This document shows positions 41,175 through 52,786 of a stretch of DNA of 64,000 nucleotides, in pieces. The stretch is from assembly GCA_964016885.1 (NCBI GenBank), contig OZ024760.1:12338001-12402000 (forward strand), read 5' to 3'. Within the stretch, counting starts at the first letter, position 1, and every line of letters starts with the position of its first letter. The notes beneath the pieces were generated by a model that saw only the letters and a program-made list of their open reading frames with translations, had not been told where the DNA came from and ran no database searches. The stretch comes from Eledone cirrhosa (Eukaryota). The translations under genes and the position numbers were made by a program.

Positions 41175-41480
41175 TGAGGGAAAGAGAGAGAGAGTGTGAG
41201 AGGCAGAGAGAGAGAGAGAGTGTGTGAGAGGCACAGAGAGAGAGAGAGTGTGAGAGGCAGAGAGAGAGAGAGTGTGAGAGGCAGAGAGAGAGAGAGAGAG
41301 AGAGAGTGTGAGGGTGAGGGAGAGAGAGTGTGAGGGTGAGGGAGAGAGAGAAAGATAAAGAGGGGAAAGGTGAAAGAAAAAAATACGAAAAAATGTCCAA
41401 AAGAACAAACCAGTGCCATTGTAAAGAACCAGCTGTGAGAGAGTTTGAAGGAGTTTAAGCAATCTAATACCACCACCACA

Positions 41481-41530
<50 letters not shown>

Positions 41531-41541
41531 GACACATAGAA

Positions 41542-41575
<34 letters not shown>

Positions 41576-41586
41576 GTGTGTGTGCA

Positions 41587-41643
<57 letters not shown>

Positions 41644-41650
41644 GCGTGTG

Positions 41651-41695
<45 letters not shown>

Positions 41696-41699
41696 GTGC

Positions 41700-41759
<60 letters not shown>

Positions 41760-41764
41760 GTGCA

Positions 41765-41798
<34 letters not shown>

Positions 41799-41895
41799 CA
41801 TATATAAATATATATGTGTAGGCAAAGAGTCAGGGTGCTGATGGCTAAGCACCAGCCATTTCGACACCAAATTGTATTAATATATATACACACAT

Positions 41896-42230
41896 GGAGG
41901 CAGATGGCTTAGTGGTTAGAGCATTGGCCTTGCAATCGAAAGGTTGTGAGTTAAATTCTCAGACCGGGTGATGTGTGGTTTCCTTGAGCAAGACACTTTA
42001 TTTCACATTGCTCCAGTTTACTCAGCTGTAGAAATGAGATGATAGGGACTGAGGTCCCTATCATTCCACTGCAAAGTGGCCGTGGAGGTGCCACGGCAAA
42101 AAAGCACCCAGCACTCACTGTAAATGAGGTTGGTGTTAGGAAGGGCATCCAGCTGTAGAAATCAAGCCAGAATCAGTTCCCGTCCCACCCTTGCAAGCAG
42201 GGAAAAGCGGACGTAAAATGATGATGATGA
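41896..42230 (+). mobile_element. tRNA-derived SINE family A, full length
   Basis: GGAGGCAGATGGCTTAGTGGTTAGAGC tRNA-like head, CCTTGAGCAAGACACTT block, GTTAGGAAGGGCATCCAGCTGTAGAAA block and (ATG)n tail. Confidence 0.88.
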
Positions 42231-42474
42231 TATATATAAAATGTGGGTAATATTAAATATTATCCAATTACAAGTTTATAGTATATACATACATAAATAT
42301 TTATATATTCACACACATACATATATTTCTACACACACACATATATATATATACATATATACACACACATAAACATATATATACATATATACACACATAA
42401 ATATATATATACATATATACACACATAAATATATATATATAAACATATATATATATATATACATAACTATTGAA

Positions 42475-42695
42475 GGCGTGTGGCTGAGTGGTTAGAGAAT
42501 TGGATTCGCAATCGTAAGGTTGTGAGTTCGATTCCTGGACCAGGCGATGCGTTATGTCCTTGAGCAAGACACTTTATTTCACGTTGCTCCTTCTACCTGG
42601 AGTTGCGACCGATAGATAGTATTAGCAATTGGAAAGACCAACGGAAACATTGTTCCCTCGGTCCGATTTGACGAAAGTCGATCGTTCCTTAAAAT
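42475..42695 (+). mobile_element. tRNA-derived SINE, related head with a different 3' half (3' half also at 12350-12420 and 58820-58900, both minus)
   Basis: A-box TGGCTGAGTGG, B-box GAGTTCGATTCC; 3' segment recurs elsewhere in the window. Confidence 0.7.
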
Positions 42696-43028
42696 ACATA
42701 ACTATACATATATATATATATATATACGAACCAGACAACCAATCTTGCCTCAAGTGGGAAAATTCCCGTCCAAACCCATGCTAGTGTGGAAGATGGACGT
42801 TAAACGATGTTGATGATGATGATGATAATACACATGTATTATAAAAAGTCAGAATCGGACAGCTGAGCTGTTGTCTTTTCAACAGCTAGTTCTATGAAAC
42901 AGAGCTGTTGAAACTGCAATAGCTCAGCTGCTGGGCCTCAATTCTTTATAATATAACCATACTCTACCCGGCCAAGTATCGAGTACTCTATTGAGTAATG
43001 GTCTAACTAGTTTTAAACTAGTTCTATC

Positions 43029-43069
<41 letters not shown>

Positions 43070-43153
43070 CCTCCCATATTATGTATCCTCCTAATGTTCT
43101 TATGACAAACTTCTGATATATTCGTGTCTGACCTTTATTATATACTCTGATGA

Positions 43154-43341
43154 GGGCGGTGGATTGGCAGTATTGGTAGAGGGTCGGACGCCATGCTTTG
43201 ACGTATAGAGTTACGGCCCTTGCCATTCCGAGTTCAAATCCCGCCAAGGTTAACTTTGCCTTTCATCCTTACGGGGGTCGATAAAATAAAGTACCAGTAA
43301 TGCACTGGGTAATTGCTGGCCTTGTGCCTAATGTAGAAACA
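43154..43341 (+). mobile_element. SINE family B, full length, flanked by a ~17-bp target-site duplication
   Basis: attatatactctgatga at 43137-43153 and 43342-43358. Confidence 0.85.
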
Positions 43342-43347
43342 ATTATA

Positions 43348-43394
43348 TACTCTGATGATCTCAGCCTTGTGCAAGGATGAAACAATTGTAAGTG
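43348..43394 (+). ncRNA. Hammerhead-ribozyme-like motif
   Basis: TACT-CTGATGA-[TCTCAG CCTTG TG CAAGG AT]-GAAAC-AATT-GTA-AGTG: stem I ACT/AGT, palindromic stem III ACAATTGT, GUA cleavage triplet. Confidence 0.6.
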
Positions 43395-43525
43395 ATTAAA
43401 TGTTCTAAACACTCTCTGATTGTCATTTACATTGTAAACTAGGTATTTACATTGAGCTATTCTAATACTTGTAATTGGGTAATATTTATTATTACCCAAT
43501 ATATATATATTTATATATAGCTATA

Positions 43526-43587
<62 letters not shown>

Positions 43588-43621
43588 AATATACATACAC
43601 ATATATATATACACACACATA

Positions 43622-44010
43622 CAGTATGCACCCTAGGTGGAGTCCAACTCCCACATTGAATGGTTTCTAGTCAGCATCATTTATCCGAAGAATAATACTC
43701 GGGCATTCATAGAGAGACGTCAAGGCAACAAGAAGCTGACCATCAATCCCATACTTCTGTAGAACCTTCCACAGCAGGACCCATGGTAGAGGTCTACAAA
43801 GCAACAATACACCTGTTGGCAGTACGCCCATGGTTTCTCAAAGACATGCCACAGTCTGAATAGCTCGTTGGCTGAGCTGCATCCAGGGGAAAACACCACA
43901 CATCATCAGCTAGCTTCGTCTTGACAATCTCCCTACATCTCTTTGCCAGAAATTTAGCATAGACTTTACCGGAGAGGGTCTAACAATGAGACCCTTCTAT
44001 AATTGGAGCA
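43622..44010 (-). pseudogene. Decayed RTE-clade non-LTR retrotransposon reverse-transcriptase fragment
   Basis: Minus-strand translation, with frameshifts and stops: NYRRVSLL…GKVYAKFLAKRCREIV…FEKPWAYCQQVYCCFVDL…LWKVLQKYGIDGQLL…FNVGVGLHLGCIL, similar to RTE RT motifs NYRGISLL, FVDLEKAYD and GLRQGC. Confidence 0.8.
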
Positions 44011-44415
44011 ATCTCGAAGACTTACACTCACCACCCTCACCAGCACCCCTTACCCTCACCACCACCAACCTGGAGTCCCACAATTAACCACCCTCACCAC
44101 CACCACCCCAAGAGTCCCACAATTAACCACCACCACCCCAAGCCACACCCTCACCACCACCACCACCACCAACCTGGAGTCCCACAATTAACCACCACCA
44201 CCCCAAGCCACACCCTCACCACCACCTGGAGTCCCACAATTAACCACCCTCACCACCACCACCACCACCCCAAGCCACACCCTCCCACCCTTAAACACAT
44301 CTCTACTCCAGAATTCTTCAGAATCTGATCCCATCTTTGATAGACAACAAATATTTCCAAATACTGTCACATCTTAACATGTGACTCAAGTTGCTTTCTA
44401 TTTCAAGTTGTTCAT

Positions 44416-44495
<80 letters not shown>

Positions 44496-44582
44496 GTAAA
44501 AGGTAAACAGAAATAACAACACAATCAGTACAGTATATGGAAGGAATATATTAGGTTAACGCTTGATATAGCAGGAAGAGGG

Positions 44583-44618
44583 TCTTAACGTTTCAGACGC
44601 TAGTCCTTCATCAGAAGA
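44583..44618 (-). ncRNA. Minimal hammerhead motif within a ~165-bp repeat (44495-44660)
   Basis: Minus strand: TCTT-CTGATGA-A-GGAC-TAGC-GTCT-GAAAC-GTT-AAGA. Confidence 0.65.
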
Positions 44619-45629
44619 AAGAAAATGAGAAATAAGATAGATTGAGGGGACGGGCGGGTATATACATATATATTTGTGATAAGATGTATGTATAGGTGTG
44701 TATATGAATATACACATGTGCATATGTAGATGTGTATATGAATACACACATGTATGTATATCTAAACGTATATGAGTATACGTATGTATGTATATGTAAA
44801 CACAAGTGTGTGTGTGTGTATATGAATACATATGTGTGTGTGGGTGTGTATATATATAAACAAGTGTGTGTGTGTATATGAATACACATGTATGCATATG
44901 TAGATGTGTGTGTCTATACATGTATAAACGAGTGTGTATATGCGTATACGTATGCATGTATATGTAAACACAAGTGTGTCTATATGTGTACACATCTGTG
45001 TGTATATATGTAATGGCAAGTGTGTGTGGACACATGTACACACGTGTGTGTGAACACATGTACACACGTGTGTGTGTGAACACATGTACACACGTGTGTG
45101 TGTGAACACATGTACACACGTGTGTGTGAACACATGTACACACGTGTGTGTGTGAACACATGTACACACGTGTGTGTGTGAACACATGTACACACGTGTG
45201 TGTGTACGTATGTATTAATACAATTATATGATAAATGACCAAGAAAATCCACCACCAGAGATATGACAAAGGTAACAACTTACACATGGGATCTTGGAGG
45301 AGAGAGGTAATCCTGATGGTTACTACTGAAAATATAAAGATGAGATGAAAATGATATGAGATGAAAATGAAATGAAAAATGAAATGAAAAATGAAAGAAA
45401 AATTGAATGAAATGAAAAAGGAAAAAATTGAAATGTAAAATGAAATAAAAATTGAAATGAAAAATGAAATGAAAAATAAAATAAAAATGATATCCTTTCG
45501 TCTATCGTCGTCATTATCTATTATCTTCTATTATTGTCTTCTTCTTCGCCCACTTATTCCTGAGAGGGTCGTGGAGGCAGAGTCCTCAAACACTCCCTCC
45601 AGTGGGTCCTGTCAGAAGCAACCGTCTCT

Positions 45630-46075
45630 ACAAGATGTAGAGGGTCGTAACACTATGCCACAAAGCATATTGTCCGACGCTCCACCGATTCTATTGCCAA
45701 TCCAAGGCCCTCAGAGATGGATGTAATAATGGTTTCTAATTTAAGAACAAAGTCGATTAAATTGACCCCACTGTATTACTGGTTCTTTATTTTATCAACC
45801 CCGTAAAGATGAAAGACAAAGTTAACCTCGGCGCGATTTGAACTCAGAACGTAAAGAGCCGTAACTCAATGCCACACAACATATTGTCCGACGCTCCACC
45901 ACCACATAGCTGGATGTAATAATTGTTTCTACTTTTGGCACAAGGCCAGCAATTATCCCAGTGTATTACTGGTACTTTATTTTATCGACCCCGTATGGAT
46001 GAAAGGCAAAGTTAACCTCGGCGGGATTTGAACTCAGATCACAAAGGGCCATAACTCTATGCTGCAAAGCATGGC
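45630..46075 (-). mobile_element. Cluster of SINE family B copies and fragments
   Basis: Repeated gatgaaaggcaaagttaacctcggcgggatttgaactcag. Confidence 0.75.
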
Positions 46076-46819
46076 GGATATATGTTAACGACGTTTCGTT
46101 TGTAAACAGATAAAACGGGAGACTACTCTAGTGTAACTCGTACAATTAAGGGGAGACTATTCTAATATTTTATTTGATTAAACATACAGAAAAAGAGATC
46201 AGTATTAGAAAGGACTATAACTGCCATGAATGACGTTTGTACATTATTCTATGTACTATACATGTACTTAAGCACTGTATCGGCTGCACCCCACGGACAA
46301 TGACCAGCGAACCACTCTGCAACAGCCACGCCACCTCGCCTGGTTCTTTCTCAGACGGTCTGCTATCGATCCTATTTTACGGAGGAACATCAACTACCCC
46401 AGGGGTCAGAGGAAGCCTCAGATCTCGACGGCAACCGGTGCAAAGATTCTATTATATTTATTATTTGCGTGTGTTTGTATGTTTTATTTTTCTTATTTTT
46501 TTTTCTTAACTCACTATTGATCGAATTCCAAATCCCGCCGAGGTTAGCTTTGCCTTTCATCTTTACGGGGTTCGATAAAATCAAGTACCAGTAACACCCT
46601 GGGGTCGATTTAATCGACTTTCTCCTCACCCCCAAAATTGATGACTAAAATTTTCACGGCTAAATCTCGATAATTAGTAAATGCAATTAAAAATACACTC
46701 AATAATTAATTCCACTACAATTTAATGACTATTAAGTCATTAAGTTTGATTAATTAATTACATAGGTAAATAATGACGGTATTTACTAGATCCAAGGTCA
46801 ATATTTTCTGCATCGTAAC

Positions 46820-47015
46820 ATGTGTATGGCTTAGTGGTTAAATCGTTGGGCTTGCAATTGTGAGGTTGTAAGTTCGATTCTCGGACTGAGTGATGTGTTG
46901 TGTCCTTGAGCAAGACACTTTATTCCACGTTGCTCCAGTTTATTCAGCTGTGGAAATGAGTTGTGACATCACTGGTGCCAAGCTGTATCAGCCATTGCCT
47001 TTCCCTTGGACAACA
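46820..47015 (+). mobile_element. tRNA-derived SINE with another 3' half (pieces at 47505-47625 and 55370-55555, minus)
   Basis: TGGCTTAGTGG A-box, GTTCGATTC B-box, CCTTGAGCAAGACACTT, then gtgacatcactggtgccaagctgtatcag. Confidence 0.72.
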
Positions 47016-47182
47016 TTGTATAGTGTGTATATATACTGTACATAGTGTGTAGATAATGTATATATACTGTACATAGTGTGTAGATAATGTATATATAGTG
47101 TATACATGAGTTGCAATGTCACTGGTGCCTTTGCCGTTCCCTTGGACAAAATCATATATGGTGTGTATATATACTGTACATA

Positions 47183-47207
<25 letters not shown>

Positions 47208-47216
<9 letters not shown>

Positions 47217-47302
47217 AGATCAAAAGATGGTTAAAAGAGTTCCATGTATTTTATAATAAAATACATGGAACTCTTTTAACCATCTTTTGATCTTATATAT
47301 TA
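47208..47302. repeat. Perfect ~45-bp-arm palindrome
   Basis: taatatataagatcaaaagatggttaaaagagttccatgtatttta-taa-taaaatacatggaactcttttaaccatcttttgatcttatatatta. Confidence 0.9.
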
Positions 47303-47427
47303 TGTATACTCCAGTCATACAAACTGTAGAGTGCTACTTATCCGATATCTGCATTGCTTTATTGTACTACAATAAAACTCACCTCCTACATATATATATA
47401 TATATATAATGTGTATATATATATATA

Positions 47428-47458
<31 letters not shown>

Positions 47459-47649
47459 ATGTGTATATATATATATGTGTATATATATAATGTGTATATA
47501 TATATGAGTTGTGACATTACTGGTGCCAAGCTATATCAGCCATATCCTTTCTCTTAGAAGACAGCAGTGGTGTAGAGAAGGTAAACTGGTATACATGGGT
47601 GACTGCTGGTCTTCCAATGTAGATTGCCCCCCCCCCCCCCCCCCATGAC

Positions 47650-48160
47650 ATTACAGAAGACACATGGTCAAGGTACCATGTAGCAGAACTGTACTGAGAT
47701 ATTACAGAAGACATGCTCAATGTGACATGTAGCAGAACTCTACCGATATATTACAGAAGACACATGGTCAAGGTACCATGTAGCAGAACTCTATTGGGAT
47801 ATTACAGAAGACAAATGTAGCAGAACTGTACCAGGATATTACAGAAAACACATGTAGCAGAACTGTACCGGGAGATTACAGAAGACATATGGAGAAGATA
47901 CCATGTAGCAGAACTCTACTGGGATATTACAGAAGACACATGGTCACGGTACCATGTAGCAGAACTCTACCTAAATATTACAGAAGGCACACGGAGAAGA
48001 TACCATGTAGCAGAACTCTACTGGGATATTACAGAAGACACATGGTCACAGTACCATGTAGCAGAACTCTACCTAAATATTACAGAAGGCACATGGAGAA
48101 GATACCATGTAGCAGAACTCTACTGGGATATTACAGAAGCCATGCAGCAGAATTTTACGG
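47650..48160. repeat. 57-bp minisatellite with alternating variants (114-bp higher-order unit)
   Basis: ccatgtagcagaactctac…atattacagaag units alternate between tggga/atggtca and ctaaa/ggagaaga variants. Confidence 0.85.
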
Positions 48161-48732
48161 AGAAGACCTAAATATGCTTTCTAAAGCATATTAATTCGTT
48201 TTTCTGTGCAGATAAAGGCCAAGAAATTAAGTTGCTATAATTAATAATAAAAAGAAAGGCAGAAATGGCAGCCAATTGGCTGGGATAGAAGGACTGGCCA
48301 GTTGCCCAATATATTAAAAGATGGTAATTGATGTCGTCCAGACATAGGAACCACTACCAAAGGTTATTTGGCTAACTTGATTTACTATTACTACTACTAC
48401 TACTGTTGTTACTACTACCACTGCTACTACTAATGTTGCTGTTACTACTACTACTACTACTAATGTTGCTGTTACTACTACTACTACTACTACTACTACT
48501 AAAGTTGCTGTTATTACTACTACTACTACTACTACTACTAATGTTGCTGCTACTACTACTACTACTAATGTTGCTGCTACTACTACTACTACTAATGTTG
48601 CTGCTACTACTACTACTACTACTACTACAAATGTTGCTGCTACTACTACTACTACTACTACTAATGTTGCTGCTACTACTACTACTACTACTACTAATGT
48701 TGCTGCTACTACTACTACTACTAATGTTGCTG

Positions 48733-48769
<37 letters not shown>

Positions 48770-49621
48770 AAATGTTGCTGCTACTATTGCTAATAAACAG
48801 TTTTCTATCATAGAACTAGGGTGGTTTTAGTAAGTTTTGTATCAAAAGGCCAAAAGGGTTATAGTCTGAACTGCTTGGATAGCTGGTGCTTGGAACATAA
48901 CTTAACAAAGGTTCTTACATAAAATTATGACAGAGAATAATCTTTTTTTTTAGATAACTATAAACACTTTAGAATAAACAGTTTTATCTCATAGGACCAG
49001 GAGTGGTTTCATGTGGTTATAGTTGGTGCTTGGAACATAACTTAATAAAGGTTCTTACATAAAATGTTGATGGGAGATTTATTTTCTTTTATAGATTTAT
49101 TTTTTTAAATAAAATAAACAGGACAAGGGATAGTTTCAGGTGGTTTGGTGTCAGGGGATTAAAGACAAACTGGTTTGATGGGTGTTCCAATCTGGAAAGT
49201 GACCCTTAAGAGGGAATTATTTCAGATGGCAAAATGCCACCTTAACATCAATAAGATTATCTTGAAGTTAACTTCTGATTTGAGTTTATTGATCTGCTAA
49301 ACACAACAGTCAAATACTACTACTGCTGCTACTTCTACTACTACTACCACCACCACTGTTATTCATCATCATCATCATTGTTTAACGTCCATCTTTCATG
49401 CTAGCATGGGTTAGACGGGTTTGTCCCATTTAGAGTCAAGTTGGGTCGGGTCACTGTCTCGTTCATATAGGACAGTTTCTGGGAGTTTTTCTATGGCGGG
49501 ATGCCCTTCCTAGTGCCAACCACATTTACAGTGTATGCTGGGTGCTTTTTACCGTATCTTTTACACGACTACTTTACAGTGTGGACTGGGGGCTTTTTGT
49601 CATGACACCTACACATTTTTT

Positions 49622-49958
49622 TCATCATCATTTCATTTTACGTCCACTTTTCCCTGCTTGCAAGGGTGGGACGGGAACTGATTCTGGCTTTATTTCTACA
49701 GCTGGATGCCCTTCCTAACACCAACCTCATTTACAGTGAGTGCTGGGTACTTTTTTGCCGTGGCACCTCCACGACCACTTTGCAGTGGAATGATACGGAA
49801 CCCAGTCCCTATCATCTCATTTCTACAGCTGAGTAAACTGGAGCAATGTGAAATAAAGTGTCTTGCTCAAGGAAACAACACATCACCCGGTCTGAGAATT
49901 TAACTCACAAGCTTTCGATTGCAAGGCCAATGTTCTAACCACTAAGCCATGTGCCTCC
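49622..49958 (-). mobile_element. SINE family A, full length (a related fragment precedes it at 49365-49615)
   Basis: Reverse complement of 41896-42230. Confidence 0.87.
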
Positions 49959-49993
<35 letters not shown>

Positions 49994-50264
49994 CTCAAGT
50001 GCAGAAATGTAATAAAGATAGTTTATAAAATGAAGTGAAGACTCTTAAAAGATGGAAAAAGAAGTTGCCATTGGTTACTACAAGGAATCAAATCCCTGTA
50101 TCTTCCTGATACCAGCTAGCAACTCACAGATGGCTGGCTCAGGATCTATATCAATGCTAGAGACCCGACTTCAGCCTTAATCTGTTCTTCAGACTTGTTA
50201 ATCAAGCAAAACCATCTGTGAAACATATGTGAGAGAGGGATATATATATATATATATAAGTTTA

Positions 50265-50450
50265 TCTCAAGTTCAATCGGGGGTAACCACAGTAAGTAAG
50301 GTACTCAATACATAGCAGAGTATAAATATTTAATATAGAAATGGCTTCTACAGGACTAGAACTGTTTCATTCGGGATAAATCATCAGGAAGCCCTGATTA
50401 TTTCTTCCGAATGAAACAGTTCTAGTCCTGTAGAAGCCTTTTCTATATTA
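50265..50450 (-). mobile_element. Fold-back element with degenerate hammerhead halves at the axis, ~50 bp from the exon donor
   Basis: Arms aatatagaaatggcttctacaggactagaactgtttcattcgg and its mirror; the minus strand reads CTGATGA…GAAAC; same family as 35383. Confidence 0.65.
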
Positions 50451-50501
50451 TTTATATATATATATAGAGAGAGAGAGAGTGGGTGTAATAATATTACTCA
50501 C

Positions 50502-52426
50502 CTTCGACTGAGGAGTTTGTCTTGCTCATCAGTTGTCATGGCCTCGACCGAGGCAGTTTCTTGCGTTAGTTTAAATAAAATATCCTTTTCTGATAAAGCA
50601 TGAGATGAATTTCCTTCGTCATCAGCTTGATAGCTAGTGTATTCTACTGGAGGGTGGTCAAGTTTGGAAGCCTCTCCATTGGCTCCTTGAAGATCGGAAT
50701 ATTCTGAGGACATATTGTCTGACACTGGACAACCACTCACTGTTTTCGGAATAAACTTAAGGTCCTTGTTTTCGGGGGATTTTGGAATAGATTTTCGCGG
50801 TGGTGGAATCGGCGGGGATACAACTGCTACATTTACAGAAGCATTTGTGGGTGAAGGCAATACTTTTGGAAACTGTACGCTGTTGTTTTCTGTGTTTGAA
50901 AAATCCCTGTGTGCTGTGGTAGGGCTGTCTATGGGTGGGGGTGTCGTCATCTCAATGACACTATTCCGATAAGACGAAGGAACATCTGAGCTGGACACTT
51001 GACTCAGCTTATCGATGTCGTTAATTCCATCAGAAGCAGCGTCCGATCCCCTTGATGTCTGATGAAGTTGATTAAACTGGTGAAACTCTTCTTCCATTTG
51101 AAGCTCATCTGCGTCTTTCTTTATTCCATGGTTGTTGCTATGCAACGACAACTGCGTGCCCCGCGACGATAAATCGGATTCAATTTCTTCTAAAAGACCG
51201 TAGCTACTAAACTCGCTTTCTTCATCTTGAAAATCCCTCGACAACATGCCTGCTGGGATATCTTCCGTCGAACAAGTAGCGCTGTTATCGCTGTGTGGAT
51301 AGCTTACAGATGAATCTGGGGTTGAATACGTTCGCGTTTCCTCAACGGAGCTCTCAGGACTATCAAGATTGTCGCGTAAAAATTTTTGTGAAGAAGAATA
51401 ATCTCTATTTTTATCTACATTTAAACTCGTCACTTTACACTGGTCCAAATCAAGCAAAACTGCTCGTTTCATCTGTTTCCTCTTCCAGAGAAGATTTCCA
51501 GAAACGTTACTCAATTCATTCTTATCGTTTAGTGCAGCCGCTTGGTTTTTCAAGCTTGTATGCACAGTAGGACTAGCTGTAGTTATTGAGTTTTTAACCA
51601 GTGCAGTTACAGAGTCTGCAGCTGCCACTGATTCTGAATCAGGAATGTTACAGTTAGGCTGAGTGACAGCATCTTTTACTTTCGGCCGCAAATATTGGTC
51701 CTTCACAGAAGACTTCACGTTATTATCTACTTTAGCGGTGCATTTCGAAAGTTTAGAATCCGAATTTGAATGGGTGTCGTTAAGTTTCGATTTTAACGAC
51801 GAATCCCCTTGCAATGAGCCGAGTGAATCTTGAGATGGCGACCGCTTTCGATTCTCTGGACTTGCAGAAGAACTAGAAGTTGGTGACCAGATTGGAGAAG
51901 TGATACTTAAGTTTCTACTTCGGCTGCTGCCCACTTTGCGAGACCGTTCTTTAGCCATGCGCGTCTCCTCTTCAAGTTTGGCAAACATAGCACGTGTGTT
52001 GTTGAACCGCTGTACATGGTTGGCTGCTTTCAACAATGGAGAGCTTTTCGTGGGGGAAGAAGAAGATTCTTTTGGTTTCACTGCCGAGGAGCCATCAATA
52101 ATTCTCTTATGTTTACTATATTCCGGAGTCACCTCTGAAGCAAAACCATGAGACGTTGACGTTTGTATCTGTTCTTCACTCTTTCCAGAATTAAATATGT
52201 CTTTTAATTTACTTACGTTAGTCCCGCACCGATTTCTGTTCCTCGATCTTTCAGATGTTAAGTCTTCAAACGAAGATTTTAAACTTTGAAATTGCTGCTG
52301 GCATGCTAGCTCTTCAGGTGAAGATGATCGCATGTCAGTTCTATTAAAACTACTACTACTACTTCCACTTCTTGACCGACTAGCGGCCAGAACTTCATCT
52401 CTTGTATTATTTATCGGAGTAGCCAT
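50502..52426 (-). CDS. PPP1R9: Neurabin/spinophilin-like protein, first coding exon (N-terminal F-actin-binding region plus long Ser-rich disordered region). The whole exon spans 52693-50502.
   Basis: ATG at 52426 in good Kozak context (AAGATGG). MRSSSPEELACQQQFQSLKSSFE...RCGTNVSKLKDIF resembles the neurabin N-terminus (RSASP...EFQALKSTFD...YGSNVNRIKNLF), and HVQRFNNTRAMFAKLE resembles invertebrate spinophilin. Acceptor tttcag| precedes 52693; donor AG|gtgagt follows 50502 (phase 2). Confidence 0.9.
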
Positions 52427-52428
52427 CT

Positions 52429-52689
52429 TCAACAATGTACAAGACCCAACGTAGAACACTTCAAAGTCAGTTTCCCACCCGAGATAGATTCTACTGTGTT
52501 AAAGGTCGGTGCAAAAGCAGAAGTGGATTCGTCATTATATGTACATATATTGTCATCATTCTTGAAAGAAGGTACTGTAGGTATCAATGAAAGCAGAGGG
52601 TCTCGCAAACACCAAGAAATGTCATCACATTGTCCCATATCTGTCTTGGATGAGGATATCATTGTTTTCTCATCTGCTTTATTCCTCAT
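52429..52689 (-). promoter_or_regulatory. 86-codon upstream ORF in the 5' leader of the first coding exon
   Basis: ATG at 52689, open to TGA at 52431-52429, 2 nt before the main ATG (…TGT TGA AG ATG GCT). Confidence 0.55.
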
Positions 52690-52753
52690 CAAGCTGAAAT
52701 TTAGAAAAAAGAAAAACAGATATTAGATTTATTTATCAAATTATATATATATG

Positions 52754-52786
<33 letters not shown>

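Noticed and set aside
39989-41893. Poly-Val, poly-Thr and poly-His ORFs
   Set aside because: Trinucleotide and dinucleotide microsatellites.
41896-41970. tRNA gene
   Set aside because: tRNA-like head of a multi-copy SINE; it continues into a SINE body and I could not fold a proper acceptor stem.
52427-52459. GTG start given by the ORF track for the 653-aa ORF
   Set aside because: Eukaryotic gene; the ATG at 52426 has good Kozak context, and the ORF's apparent stop at 50498 lies inside the intron donor.
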